64,000 nucleotides of DNA from Acidobacteriota bacterium (GTDB lineage: Bacteria > Acidobacteriota > Blastocatellia > UBA7656), in the NCBI GenBank assembly GCA_040754075.1, contig JBFMDH010000002.1, positions 326,221 through 390,220 on the forward strand, written 5' to 3'. The notes under the pieces were generated by a model. That model did not search any database. It was not told where the DNA came from and saw nothing but the letters and a program-made list of their open reading frames with translations. A program made the position numbers and the translations under genes. Numbering within the stretch: the stretch's first letter is position 1; each line of letters starts with the position of its first letter. Below, piece after piece: positions 1 through 9,506 of the stretch.

Positions 1-1667
1 CCAATACCAAAATTCTTGTTGACCTCGAAGGTCAATCAACCGGCAGAGGGACTTTGCCCGATCCATTTTTAGGGCTGTTCAATTCCAGTTGCACGTTGTT
101 GGCAACCAATGATGATGGCGGTTATTACCACAATGCCCGATTGGATTTTACGGTTCCGGCAGATGGGGTTTTCATTTTGGGCGTGTCGAGATGTTGCGAT
201 GCTGATTTTGCCGGCGGCGGCATCGGAACTTATATGTTGACGATTGCCCAATTCGTGGATGCGCGGCTCATCAGCGGTGGCATCGTTGATGCGGCGACCG
301 GTGCGCCGCTAACCGGTCAAAATTACCCTTATGCGCGCGCGGAATTATATCGTTGCAGCAACGGGCAATGTAACGAAAATGTTGCCACCGCAGGCACTGA
401 TAGCAACGGGAGATTTAAATTTGACCGGATTTACTATAGCAATCCCATTCCTGCGGGAACCTATCAGATTGCTTATTCCGCGCAACTATACAATTCAGGA
501 CAATCGGCAATTTTTACGATAGCGCCGGGAGAAGCGAAAGAGTTAGGTAATTTTTCTTTGACGCAGGTTCCGCTGGCGGATTCGATTGGTGGCAGGTTGC
601 TCGATTCCGAAACCGGTGCGCCACTTCCGGGAAATAGTTTTCCTTTTGCTCGCGTCGAATTGCGGCGTTGTAATAATGGCCAGTGTTATGAAGGCGTCGA
701 TTCGCAATCCACTGATAATCTGGGACGCTTTCGGTTTGAGCACGATTATTCGGGAAGACCGTTGCCAACCGGAACCTATCAAGCCTTCTTTTATGCCAAT
801 CTTTATCAACCGAGTCAATCCGCAATGTTCACGGTCGGGCAAGGGGAGAATAAGAACCTCGGAGATAACAACCTGGTTGCCTTGCCGCTTGCTGGCTCAA
901 TCAGCGCCCGCTTGGTTGATGCCAACAATGGACAAGGATTGCCCGGTAATATGCCGCCTTATGCTTATGCGCAACTCAATCGCTGTAATATATACGGCTG
1001 TTATCAAACGGTTGCCTATCGCAACCCTGATAGCTTAGGACGGATTCAATTTGATAGAGATTACTCAGGTAATCCGTTGCTTGCAGGACAGTATCAGATT
1101 TCCATTTCGGCGCAATACTATCGGCAGACACGGTCGGAAATATTTGAAGTTCCGGAAGGACAAAATAAAAATCTGGGTGATATACGAGTTCCGCCATTGC
1201 CCGTTAGATTTTCCAATATTCAACAATGTTCAAGCATTCCATCGGGAGGCGGAAGCTGTACGTTTTCGGTTAACCTCACCAATGGATTGCCATCTACCCT
1301 CTTTGCAAAAGGCTGGATATTGGTGAGCACTTACGGAAGCGGATTGAATAATCTGTTTCAATTGCCTGCCATTCAAATCATCAGTATTCCAACGGGAGCG
1401 ACCAAACCAATGCAGTTTCGCCTGGATGTGCCGGATTCAGTTCCCGATAACTCTGTGATGTGTCCTTCACTTTACGTCGGACAGGCGTCTTCGTTAGACC
1501 CGCGCAACGATAAGAATGCCTCATTCTTTAATTTGCTCGGACAGACCAATCTGTTTTGTATCGTGAAAAGACAGGGGACGTACAATGTTTTGACCGTAGA
1601 CGAATCGCGTACGCTGTTGCGTTCGTTGACTCCGCAACCCAGCCCGGACAATCAGCCCAAAAAATGA
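1..1667 (+). CDS. secreted repeat protein with three tandem ~100-aa carboxypeptidase-regulatory-like (CarbopepD_reg) repeats, each carrying an RCxNGQCxE Cys pair; 5' end lies outside the window
   Basis: Frame is open from position 3 to the stop at 1667. Three internal repeats share GGxLxDxxTGAPLxG...RCNNGQCYE...LGRFxFxxDYSG...GTYQ. Acidobacterial secreted/OM proteins commonly have this architecture. Confidence 0.55.
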   Translation, partial: NTKILVDLEGQSTGRGTLPDPFLGLFNSSCTLLATNDDGGYYHNARLDFTVPADGVFILGVSRCCDADFAGGGIGTYMLTIAQFVDARLISGGIVDAATGAPLTGQNYPYARAELYRCSNGQCNENVATAGTDSNGRFKFDRIYYSNPIPAGTYQIAYSAQLYNSGQSAIFTIAPGEAKELGNFSLTQVPLADSIGGRLLDSETGAPLPGNSFPFARVELRRCNNGQCYEGVDSQSTDNLGRFRFEHDYSGRPLPTGTYQAFFYANLYQPSQSAMFTVGQGENKNLGDNNLVALPLAGSISARLVDANNGQGLPGNMPPYAYAQLNRCNIYGCYQTVAYRNPDSLGRIQFDRDYSGNPLLAGQYQISISAQYYRQTRSEIFEVPEGQNKNLGDIRVPPLPVRFSNIQQCSSIPSGGGSCTFSVNLTNGLPSTLFAKGWILVSTYGSGLNNLFQLPAIQIISIPTGATKPMQFRLDVPDSVPDNSVMCPSLYVGQASSLDPRNDKNASFFNLLGQTNLFCIVKRQGTYNVLTVDESRTLLRSLTPQPSPDNQPKK

Positions 1668-1851
1668 AACAGAAAATCAACCCTTGATGTGAAATCGTGC
1701 AATGGCGGTTTGTATGAGTTAAGCCGGTGAATTGGAAATAGGTTCGATGAACTCATATAAACCGCCATTGCGGCGATTAACGAATTGCGCCTGACGCTTT
1801 CTTTGCGCCCAAAACAGCTAAGCCTGAACTGGCAAACTGTCCGGTCTATGT

Positions 1852-4434
1852 GTGACAATTTTTGCCGTGAACAAAATCAGACTGGTATCGGTTGGAAAAG
1901 TTATTGCCCTGGTGGTCTTCATTACCGTAGCAGTGGCGCTTGGCGTCTATTTCGTCAAAAAACGCAAACCGCTTGACCTGCCAGCGACGCCGAAAATTCT
2001 CGAAGGCGAAATTGTTGCGGTCTTCAACAACACACGCTACGCGCACGAAGTCGGCGGCAAGGTGCGTTTCGTACTCACCGCCGAAGTTGACAAAGCCTAC
2101 ACCAACGGCGCGCACGAACTTGAAAAAGTGAAGCTCGAATCGTTCGGCAACGAGGGCACACGCAATGATACGGTGACGGCTGACCGCGCCGAAGTCAGTG
2201 ATACCGCAAACCTCAACGCCCTCGAAGCCAAATTTATTTCCAATGTCGTCGTGATCACCAGCGAAGGCGCGACGATCAAGACTCAGTACCTGCATTACGA
2301 CCACGAAAAGAGCGTGATTGATACGCCGGAGTTGGTTGAATTCGACAGCGATAAAGTTTCCGGCACGACGATGGGTGCGATGATTGAAGTCAATGATGAG
2401 CGCGTGCATTTGCTGAAAGATGTTGATCTGACGATTAAACCGACGGCTGAAACCGGTAAAACCAACGCCGATAAATCTGCAAGTGCGAAACCTGAAACGA
2501 CCGAAAGCGATGCCGAACGCGCCGCCCGTAAAGCCGCAAAACGCGCCCGCAAACTCGAACGCAAACGCCAGGCGGCGCTTGCCGCGGCGAAATCGCCGAA
2601 TAAAAACGCGCCTGCTAAAAATCAAAATCAGTCACCGACCGATAATCAATTGTTAGCCGCGCGCAATGCCAAATTGCCGATTCGCATTCGCGCGGTTTCG
2701 GGTCTTTTGGAACGCCAAGACCATCGCGTCGCTTTCAATGACAAGGTCATCGTCACCCAGGGCGCAGATGAAATGCGCGCCAACACCATGCTCGGACTGT
2801 TGAGCGATGATAATAAAATCGAACGCATCGAAGCGCGTGGCAATGCCTATTTGAAACAATCTGAAAAAGCCGAAATCAAATCTTCGGATATGGATTTCTT
2901 TTTTGCCGAACAACGCTTGATTCGCGCGACGGCTACGGGTAGCGCCTTCGCGCGCACCCTCAGCGGTGAACCTGTGAAAGAAGCCCGCGCCGCCAAATTC
3001 GACGCGACCTTTATGCCGGGTGCCAAAGACAGTACGATTGATTCGTTGCAGGCGACGGGCGATGCGACATTGCAGGTTTTTGCGACAGGTTCGTCCACGG
3101 TTGATCGCGAACTTCGCGCCGCCGAAATCAATGTCGCTTTTTTGGAAGGCGCGATGAATACGGCGTTGGCAACCGGCGGCGCTGTGTTACAGGTTCACGC
3201 GCCCAAACCGAAAGATGAAAAAGCCAACCCGACCGAGCGCGAATTGACTGCGAGTCAAGTTACCGCTTCATTTTATCCGGGCGGTAAAAATCTGGCGTTT
3301 GCCGAAGCGACGGAAAACGCCGTAATGAAAGTGACGCCGGTGCGTGCCGAAAAAGGCGCGGATAAAAAGACGATTCGCGCGCCGCAGATGACCGCAGAGT
3401 TTTTTGAAAGTAATAATCGCTTGAAAAATTTCAAAGCCACCAACGGTGTGAAGGTCGAAATTGAAGCCACGGTTGAAAACGCCCATCCATTGCGCACGAC
3501 GACCAGTCGAACGCTCACAGCCGATTTCATCGAAGAGACCCAGGATGTGCAGACGCTTGTGCAGCAGGGCGATTTCAAATATAACGAAGGCGACCGCAAC
3601 GGCACGGCGGAAACCGCAACTTACAACGGGCAAATCGAGATGCTTTATCTGCGCGGCAAACGTCCGATGGTCTGGGACGCCGAAGCCCGCACCCAGGCTA
3701 ACGAAATTGATTACGACCGCAGCAAAGATGAAACCCATGCGCGCGGCGATGTGCGCACGACCTATTACAGTCGCGAAACGGCGGGTGACGCCACCCCTTT
3801 CAAAAATACCAAGTCGCCGGTCTTTATGACGGCTGAAAAAGCTGATGCGCGCAACTCGGAAGGCTATGCCATTTACACGGGCAATGCGCGGGGCTGGCAA
3901 GATAACAATTTTGTCAAAGCCGACCGCATCGAACTTTTTCAAAATGATAAAAAGATGATTGCCACCAGTCGGGTTGAAAGCGCGCTTTATAATGCGAAGA
4001 AAAATAATGACGCCAATCAACAGGAGGTGGTTCCGGGTTTTGCGACCGCCGACAAAATGATTTATTCGGATAAAGAGCGCCTCGTTCATTATGAGGGTTC
4101 CGTGAAAGCGCGACAGGGCACGGACAATATCGAAGCCGCGGTGGTGGATGTTCATTTAATGCAGGAAAGCAATGAAGTCGAAAAGATGATTGCCGAAGGC
4201 GCGGTTGTGTTGACCCAGCCCGGACGACGCGGAACCGGCGATAAAGCGATTTACACATCTGCGGATGGTCGCGCCATTTTAGTAGGAAAAAATGCCAGAG
4301 TTGAAGACGCCGAGAAGGGAACCACAACAGGCGGTCAATTGACTTTCTATAGTCGCGATGATAAGGTCGTTGTGGAGAATCAACAAGGGACAGGGCGCGT
4401 GAAAACGACTCATCGGCTAACCAAAAATAAATAA
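1852..4434 (+). CDS. LPS transport periplasmic protein, single 860-aa ORF with N-terminal TM anchor + LptC-like region, Ala/Lys-rich linker, then LptA/OstA-like beta-jellyroll repeats
   Basis: There is an N-terminal hydrophobic segment, and an OstA-like motif pattern appears after an AKR-rich linker ([30 protein letters not shown]... NAYL). The gene sits immediately upstream of lptB and rpoN, matching the conserved lptC-lptA-lptB-rpoN synteny. Domain assignment is from memory of the families. Confidence 0.6.
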   Translation: MTIFAVNKIRLVSVGKVIALVVFITVAVALGVYFVKKRKPLDLPATPKILEGEIVAVFNNTRYAHEVGGKVRFVLTAEVDKAYTNGAHELEKVKLESFGNEGTRNDTVTADRAEVSDTANLNALEAKFISNVVVITSEGATIKTQYLHYDHEKSVIDTPELVEFDSDKVSGTTMGAMIEVNDERVHLLKDVDLTIKPTAETGKTNADKSASAKPETTESDAERAARKAAKRARKLERKRQAALAAAKSPNKNAPAKNQNQSPTDNQLLAARNAKLPIRIRAVSGLLERQDHRVAFNDKVIVTQGADEMRANTMLGLLSDDNKIERIEARGNAYLKQSEKAEIKSSDMDFFFAEQRLIRATATGSAFARTLSGEPVKEARAAKFDATFMPGAKDSTIDSLQATGDATLQVFATGSSTVDRELRAAEINVAFLEGAMNTALATGGAVLQVHAPKPKDEKANPTERELTASQVTASFYPGGKNLAFAEATENAVMKVTPVRAEKGADKKTIRAPQMTAEFFESNNRLKNFKATNGVKVEIEATVENAHPLRTTTSRTLTADFIEETQDVQTLVQQGDFKYNEGDRNGTAETATYNGQIEMLYLRGKRPMVWDAEARTQANEIDYDRSKDETHARGDVRTTYYSRETAGDATPFKNTKSPVFMTAEKADARNSEGYAIYTGNARGWQDNNFVKADRIELFQNDKKMIATSRVESALYNAKKNNDANQQEVVPGFATADKMIYSDKERLVHYEGSVKARQGTDNIEAAVVDVHLMQESNEVEKMIAEGAVVLTQPGRRGTGDKAIYTSADGRAILVGKNARVEDAEKGTTTGGQLTFYSRDDKVVVENQQGTGRVKTTHRLTKNK

Positions 4435-4462
4435 ATTTTGTCAGCAGAAAGCAGTTGCAAAG

Positions 4463-5605
4463 GTGTCCGTGAGTAAATCACCAGCCAAAAAAAATAGACG
4501 CAGTAAATCCAACCCGACCGCCCCTAATATTAAGCGAAAGAGCGCGCCTGCGCGCTTGATTACGCCTTCGTCGGATTCGCTCATTACGACCCATTTATCT
4601 GAGGAAAATGCGGAAATTCAGGTGGGCGTGTCTGCGGCTACAGATGATTTTGAATCTCTTGCGGCATTACCGGTCAGCGTGAATTTATCTGATGCGTTGA
4701 CGCCGGAAACTGCTGAACAACTTCTGAAACACCCTGTTGAAACAACTGTGAATTTGCAAGCCGAAATTAACCAAACCGAATATGCGCCAGTCGTCATCAA
4801 TGAATTGGTCTTGTCGGAAATCAACGGCAAGCCTGTAGCGAACCGGCAAGTTGGCATCAGCGAAAGCGCCGGATTGCGAGCCTTGAGCGTACTCGGCGTT
4901 GAGCATTTGCGAAAATCCTATCGCAAACGCCCTGTGGTCAATGATGTTTCGCTTGAAATCGTACAGGGGGAAATTGTCGGACTGTTGGGTCCAAATGGCG
5001 CGGGCAAAACCACGATTTTTTATATGATAGTCGGGATCGAACGACCTGATGCCGGCAAGGTTTATCTCGATACCAAAGACATCTCGCGGTTGCCCATGTA
5101 TTTGCGAGCGCGCAACGGCATCAGCTATTTGCCGCAGGAAGCCTCGGTGTTTCGCAAATTGTCGGTTGAAGAAAATATCTGGCTGGTCTTGCAAACCCTG
5201 CCGCTTACGAAAGCTGAGCGCGAACAACGGCTTGAAAGCCTGTTAAATGATTTTGATATTGCCCGCGTGCGTCACACCAAAGCGTATCAATTATCGGGTG
5301 GTGAACGGCGGCGCACAGAAATTGCGCGTTGTCTGGTGATTGAACCGCGATTTATTTTGCTTGATGAGCCGTTTGCCGGTATTGACCCGATAGCGGTGAT
5401 TGATATACAAAAAATATTGAAAAGACTGCGCGAACGCGGCATCGGGGTTTTGATAACCGACCATAATGTCCGTGAGACTCTGGCAATTACCGACAGAGCG
5501 TATATAATCAACGAAGGGAAAATATTCAGAGCCGGAACACCGGATGCGCTGACGCGCGACAAAGAAGTGAAACAAGTTTATTTGGGAGAAAATTTCAGGA
5601 TGTAA
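4463..5605 (+). CDS. lptB: LPS export ABC transporter ATP-binding protein LptB, with ~135-aa N-terminal extension (or start at an internal TTG near 4880)
   Basis: Walker [23 protein letters not shown] signature and Walker [12 protein letters not shown] are present, and the gene follows the lptA-like ORF. The extension is an uninterrupted 140-codon open frame upstream of the conserved LptB N-terminus. Confidence 0.8.
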   Translation: MSVSKSPAKKNRRSKSNPTAPNIKRKSAPARLITPSSDSLITTHLSEENAEIQVGVSAATDDFESLAALPVSVNLSDALTPETAEQLLKHPVETTVNLQAEINQTEYAPVVINELVLSEINGKPVANRQVGISESAGLRALSVLGVEHLRKSYRKRPVVNDVSLEIVQGEIVGLLGPNGAGKTTIFYMIVGIERPDAGKVYLDTKDISRLPMYLRARNGISYLPQEASVFRKLSVEENIWLVLQTLPLTKAEREQRLESLLNDFDIARVRHTKAYQLSGGERRRTEIARCLVIEPRFILLDEPFAGIDPIAVIDIQKILKRLRERGIGVLITDHNVRETLAITDRAYIINEGKIFRAGTPDALTRDKEVKQVYLGENFRM

Positions 5606-5606
5606 G

Positions 5607-5686
5607 AGTCAGTAGTCAGTAGTCAGTAGTCAGTTCTTAAAACCAAAAATTTACTGACCACCGACGACCGACGACCGACGACCGAT
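5607..5686. terminator. inverted heptamer arrays (AGTCAGT x4 ... CGACCGA x4) forming an imperfect hairpin immediately after the lptB stop; terminator/REP-like
   Basis: gagtcagtagtcagtagtcagtagtcagt, an 18-nt AT-rich spacer, then actgaccaccgacgaccgacgaccgacgaccga. The two arms are partially complementary. Confidence 0.5.
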
Positions 5687-5696
5687 TGGTAGCATT

Positions 5697-7250
5697 ATGT
5701 CAGTTAGACCAAATCTTCAAACCAGCCTTTCGCAGAAATTGGTGCTCACGCCGCAGATGCGTCAACGTATCGAGCTACTGGCGATGACCAAGCTCGAAAT
5801 GGCTGACATGATTACCACGGAAATCACCGCCAATCCTGTGCTCGAAGCCGTCGAACCGGGAGACGCGCCGGATACTTCGATGAACGAAGAGATCGCCTCA
5901 ATCGATGCGACGATTGCCGATTATGCGGCACCTGAAACGCCCGTTCAAAGCACTGAAACCCGCGCGGCAGAATCCTTTGATACGGTTGAGCCTTCTGTCA
6001 CTAATACCGCAACCGAGGCTTCACCTTTTGAGGGCGATACGGAACCTGACCGCGAACGCGATTCTTTTCAGGAAATCGATTTCGGCTCCACTTTTGAAGA
6101 ATATCTCGATCCGGGTTACAAGACCCACGAATATGAAGCGCGCGAAGAGACCTCGTTTGAAAATATGCTGACCCGCCGCCAGTCGCTTTATGAACAATTG
6201 ATGTGGCAATTGCATCTGGTGGAAGCGCCTAAAGAGGTGATTCGCGCCGGCGAAGCGATTATCGGCAACCTTGATGAAAACACCGGCTTTCTTGATGCCA
6301 CGATTGCAGAGATTGCGGCGATGGGTCCGTGGTCAGAAGAGGTCGTGCAACAGGCTTTGCACATCATTCAGCGATTAGACCCGGTCGGTGTGGCGGCTGC
6401 TAATGTTCGCGAATCGTTAATGATTCAACTCGAATATTATGGATACGGCGAACGCCTGGCATATCGGATGGTGCGCGACCATTTTGAAAATTTGCAAACC
6501 CATAAACTGCCCGACCTCGCCAAGAACCTGGGGGTTTCAGTTGATCAGGTGCTCGCCGAAATGGCGATTATTAAAAAGCTCGACCCCAAACCCGGTCGCA
6601 AATATTCCGCCGAAGAAGCGCAACCCGTGGTTCCCGAAGTGACCATCGAAAAAGTCGGTGATGATTATGTCATCCGCTTTGAAGATGACGGGGTGCCGGG
6701 GTTGAGAATCAATCGCACCTACCGGCAGATGATGGAATCCAAAGACGCCTCGAAAGAGACCCGCGATTACATCAAAGAGCGTTTTCGTTCGGCAGTCGAT
6801 TTACTGAAAAATATCGAACATCGACGGCAGACGATTTACCGCGTTTGCCAGTCAATCGTTGAACGTCAGCGCGAATTTCTCGACAAAGGCACAGAGCATA
6901 TCAAGCCGATGATGCTCAAAGATATTGCCGAAGACATCGGTATGCACCTCAGCACCGTTTCGCGCGTTGTCAATCGCAAATATGTCAATACGCCGCAGGG
7001 CGTTTATGAACTGCGAAGGTTTTTTACCGAAGGCATGCGCTCGGATACCGGTGAAGATGTTTCGACGCGGGTGCTCAAATTGAAGATTAAAAAAATGATT
7101 GAGGAAGAAGATTCGCACAACCCGATTACCGACGACGAAATTGCCAAGCGCGTCGCCAAAGAAGGCGTCAAATTGAGCCGCCGCACGGTTGCCAAATATC
7201 GCGACCAGATGAATATTCCCGGCTCGCGCGAACGTCGGTCAATTGTCTGA
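5697..7250 (+). CDS. rpoN: RNA polymerase sigma-54 factor
   Basis: A Gln/Leu-rich N-terminus, an acidic region, a core-binding region, an HTH and the C-terminal RpoN box (ARRTVAKYR) are all present. The gene is in the conserved lpt-rpoN-hpf context. Confidence 0.9.
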   Translation: MSVRPNLQTSLSQKLVLTPQMRQRIELLAMTKLEMADMITTEITANPVLEAVEPGDAPDTSMNEEIASIDATIADYAAPETPVQSTETRAAESFDTVEPSVTNTATEASPFEGDTEPDRERDSFQEIDFGSTFEEYLDPGYKTHEYEAREETSFENMLTRRQSLYEQLMWQLHLVEAPKEVIRAGEAIIGNLDENTGFLDATIAEIAAMGPWSEEVVQQALHIIQRLDPVGVAAANVRESLMIQLEYYGYGERLAYRMVRDHFENLQTHKLPDLAKNLGVSVDQVLAEMAIIKKLDPKPGRKYSAEEAQPVVPEVTIEKVGDDYVIRFEDDGVPGLRINRTYRQMMESKDASKETRDYIKERFRSAVDLLKNIEHRRQTIYRVCQSIVERQREFLDKGTEHIKPMMLKDIAEDIGMHLSTVSRVVNRKYVNTPQGVYELRRFFTEGMRSDTGEDVSTRVLKLKIKKMIEEEDSHNPITDDEIAKRVAKEGVKLSRRTVAKYRDQMNIPGSRERRSIV

Positions 7251-7386
7251 GTTTTTCGTCTTTCCTTGTTCTTTGACCGCCTCTCAATCAGCGAGGAGTA
7301 AGCATGTTGCAGAATTGAGTTGTTGAAAATCGCTGCCTACTGCCTACTGCCTGCCATCTACTTCAAAGAAAGGAGCATATGCTGTT

Positions 7387-7920
7387 ATGGAATTTGAATT
7401 CACAGGTCGTCATATTGAAGTAACTCCTGCAATTGAGAAACTGGCACAAAAAGAGTTGCAAAAACTTAATAAAGTTCTGGATTCCGCGCCCATGCGGACG
7501 CACATCATCCTGTCATCCGAAAAACATCGCAAACGCGCCGAGATTGTTATACGTTGGCGTGATACGGTCTTTACCGGGATTGCCGAAAATAACGATGTCA
7601 AGCAATCTATCATCCTCGCGGCAACCAAAGTTACAAAACAAATTTTCAAGGTCAAAGAAAAATTTCAGTCCGCAAAACGCAATCGTCAACCGGTTAAAGA
7701 AGTCGCCCCCGTGCCCGGTGGCATTATCGAAGCCGCACCACCTGCGCCACGCATCATTCCGGCGCGTCGCTATAAAGTGAAACCCATGACTCCCGAAGAG
7801 GCGGCTTTGCTGGTCGCCGATTCTGAAGATTTATTTATCGTCTTTCGCGATGCCGAAACCAACAAGGTCGGCGTCCTCTACAAACGCACAGATGGCAACT
7901 TCGGTTTGATTGAACCTTAA
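7387..7920 (+). CDS. hpf: ribosome hibernation promoting factor (long form)
   Basis: An N-terminal S30AE/YfiA domain (MEFEFTGRHIEVTPAIE...) is followed by a C-terminal dimerisation extension. The gene lies directly downstream of rpoN. Confidence 0.85.
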   Translation: MEFEFTGRHIEVTPAIEKLAQKELQKLNKVLDSAPMRTHIILSSEKHRKRAEIVIRWRDTVFTGIAENNDVKQSIILAATKVTKQIFKVKEKFQSAKRNRQPVKEVAPVPGGIIEAAPPAPRIIPARRYKVKPMTPEEAALLVADSEDLFIVFRDAETNKVGVLYKRTDGNFGLIEP

Positions 7921-7923
7921 CGC

Positions 7924-8002
7924 GGTAGCCAGTAGCCGGTAGCCGGTAGTCAGTCGTAATGGCGAATAACCGGCTTCCGACCACCGACTGCCGACTACTG
8001 AT
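7924..8002. terminator. inverted heptamer arrays (GGTAGCC-type ... CCGACTR-type) between hpf and rapZ
   Basis: ggtagccagtagccggtagccggtagtcagt, a spacer, then ccggcttccgaccaccgactgccgactactga. Architecture matches the element at 5607. Confidence 0.45.
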
Positions 8003-8004
8003 TT

Positions 8005-8880
8005 ATGGCTGTTTCCGTTGTCATTATTACCGGGATGAGTGGCGCAGGGATGTCTTCTGCGCTCAAAGTGTTTGAAGATTTAGGCTATTTCGCGGTTGAT
8101 AATCTTCCGGTGCAACTCATTCCCACATTCGTCCGCCTGTGTGATGAATCCATGGAAATCAACCGCACAGCTTTTGTCGTTGATGTGCGGTCGCGCGATT
8201 TGGTTAATCTCTTTCCGCAAATTCATCAGGAGTTACTCGCCAAAGACGTTGATGTCACGGTGGTGTTTCTGGAAGCCGATACTGATGTCTTGCTCAGGCG
8301 TTACAGCGAAACCCGCCGACCGCATCCGCTGCCGGAAGGCACGGTTTCTGCCGCAACCGAACAGGAGCGCGAAATGCTCGCGGAAATTCGCACTCTTGCC
8401 GATGTGATTATTGATACGTCGGAACATACCGTGCACACCTTGCGCGATGTCATCAAAGAGCGGTTTGCCGAAAAAGGTCAGGCAAAAGATTTGAGCGTCA
8501 CCATCGCCTCATTCGGATTCCGCCACGGCATTCCGCGTAGTTCCGACATGATTTTCGATGTCCGGTTTTTGCCAAATCCGCATTTCATCCCTGAACTCAG
8601 AGCCTATACCGGGCGTGATGCGCCGGTGATTGAATATCTGGAAAACGAATCCGAAGTCGAAGAGGCGATTTATCGTTTCGTTGATTTACTGGCGTATCTA
8701 TTGCCGCGTTATCAACGCGAAGGCAAAAGTTATTTGACCATTGGCATCGGTTGTACAGGCGGGCGGCATCGTTCGGTGATGATTGCTGAAGCTTTGCATA
8801 AACAATTGAATGCACGCGGTTATAAAACCCGTGTGATGCATCGCGATATTGATAAAGACCAGCAACGATATAAAGCATGA
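8005..8880 (+). CDS. rapZ: RNase adapter protein RapZ (P-loop NTPase YhbJ family)
   Basis: N-terminal P-loop ITGMSGAGMS, overall RapZ length (291 aa) and position in the rpoN cluster. Confidence 0.88.
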   Translation: MAVSVVIITGMSGAGMSSALKVFEDLGYFAVDNLPVQLIPTFVRLCDESMEINRTAFVVDVRSRDLVNLFPQIHQELLAKDVDVTVVFLEADTDVLLRRYSETRRPHPLPEGTVSAATEQEREMLAEIRTLADVIIDTSEHTVHTLRDVIKERFAEKGQAKDLSVTIASFGFRHGIPRSSDMIFDVRFLPNPHFIPELRAYTGRDAPVIEYLENESEVEEAIYRFVDLLAYLLPRYQREGKSYLTIGIGCTGGRHRSVMIAEALHKQLNARGYKTRVMHRDIDKDQQRYKA

Positions 8881-8887
8881 AAGGAGC

Positions 8888-9038
8888 TAGGATTCAGGAT
8901 ACAGGATACAGGATTCAGGGAGAAGAAACGATGAAGGCTGAACGATGAACAACTACAAAACGCTTTCGGTTCATCGTTCAGCCTTCCTACTTCATACTTT
9001 CCTTTCCCTGAATCCTGTATCCTGGCTCCTGTATCCTG
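8888..9038. repeat. ~150-bp long imperfect palindrome: outer CAGGATA/GGATTCAGG heptamer arrays plus inner perfect 17-bp stem
   Basis: Left arm is ggattcaggatacaggatacaggattcaggg...gaaggctgaacgatgaac. Right arm is gttcatcgttcagccttc...ccctgaatcctgtatcctggctcctgtatcctg. Inner stem is 8934-8950 / 8969-8986. Confidence 0.6.
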
Positions 9039-9045
9039 AAAGCTG

Positions 9046-9453
9046 ATGATTGGCGGAGTGATCGTAACCCACGGACAACTGGCTAACGAACTGGTGTTGG
9101 CTGCCGAAACCATCGTTGGCGAAATTCATCACATTAAAGCCGTGTCCATCGGCTGGCACGACGATGTAGACATTGCCCGCGAAGAAATCGAACGCGCCAT
9201 CAATCAGGTCAATAGCGGCGCGGGCGTGTTGCTACTAACAGATGTTTTCGGCGGCACGCCGACCAATCTTGCCGCCAGTTTCCTCGATGATTTGCCGGTT
9301 GAAGTCGTCACCGGCGTCAATCTGCCGATGGTCATTAAACTCGCAACCCAGGACGCGGATTTAAAACTGAGCGACCTCGCGCATCTGGTGCGCGACGAGG
9401 GACAAAAGCAAATCTATTTAGCAAGCGACATCCTCTCCCCGCGAAAAAAATAA
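9046..9453 (+). CDS. PTS EIIA component, mannose/fructose family
   Basis: MIGGVIVTHGQLA... matches the EIIA-Man fold family, with the conserved His near the N-terminus. It sits next to rapZ in place of the ptsN usually found there. Confidence 0.7.
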   Translation: MIGGVIVTHGQLANELVLAAETIVGEIHHIKAVSIGWHDDVDIAREEIERAINQVNSGAGVLLLTDVFGGTPTNLAASFLDDLPVEVVTGVNLPMVIKLATQDADLKLSDLAHLVRDEGQKQIYLASDILSPRKK

Positions 9454-9506
9454 ATGTAGTTGCCGATAGGTAAACAAATTTCATTATCTGCGACACGCCA
9501 AAGACG

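Noticed and set aside
3268-4155. 295-aa ORF on the minus strand inside the lptC/lptA-like gene. Similar long antisense ORFs occur at 1846..2625, 4685..5227, 15088..15735, 17165..17590, 20043..20741, 27094..27597, 32042..32815, 45434..45985 and 48149..48769.
   Set aside because: These are shadow ORFs typical of ~55% GC DNA. Each lies fully inside a well-supported gene on the other strand or frame, and their products are low-complexity with no family signatures.
4463-4880. Treating the lptB N-terminal 135 codons as non-coding, with the start at the internal TTG
   Set aside because: Not rejected outright. A 140-codon stop-free frame is unlikely by chance, so the extension is kept as annotated and both options are flagged.
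5607-5686. Possible CRISPR array, given the many short tandem repeats
   Set aside because: The repeat units are 7 nt, directly tandem with no unique spacers, and organised as inverted pairs. No cas genes are present, so this is not CRISPR.
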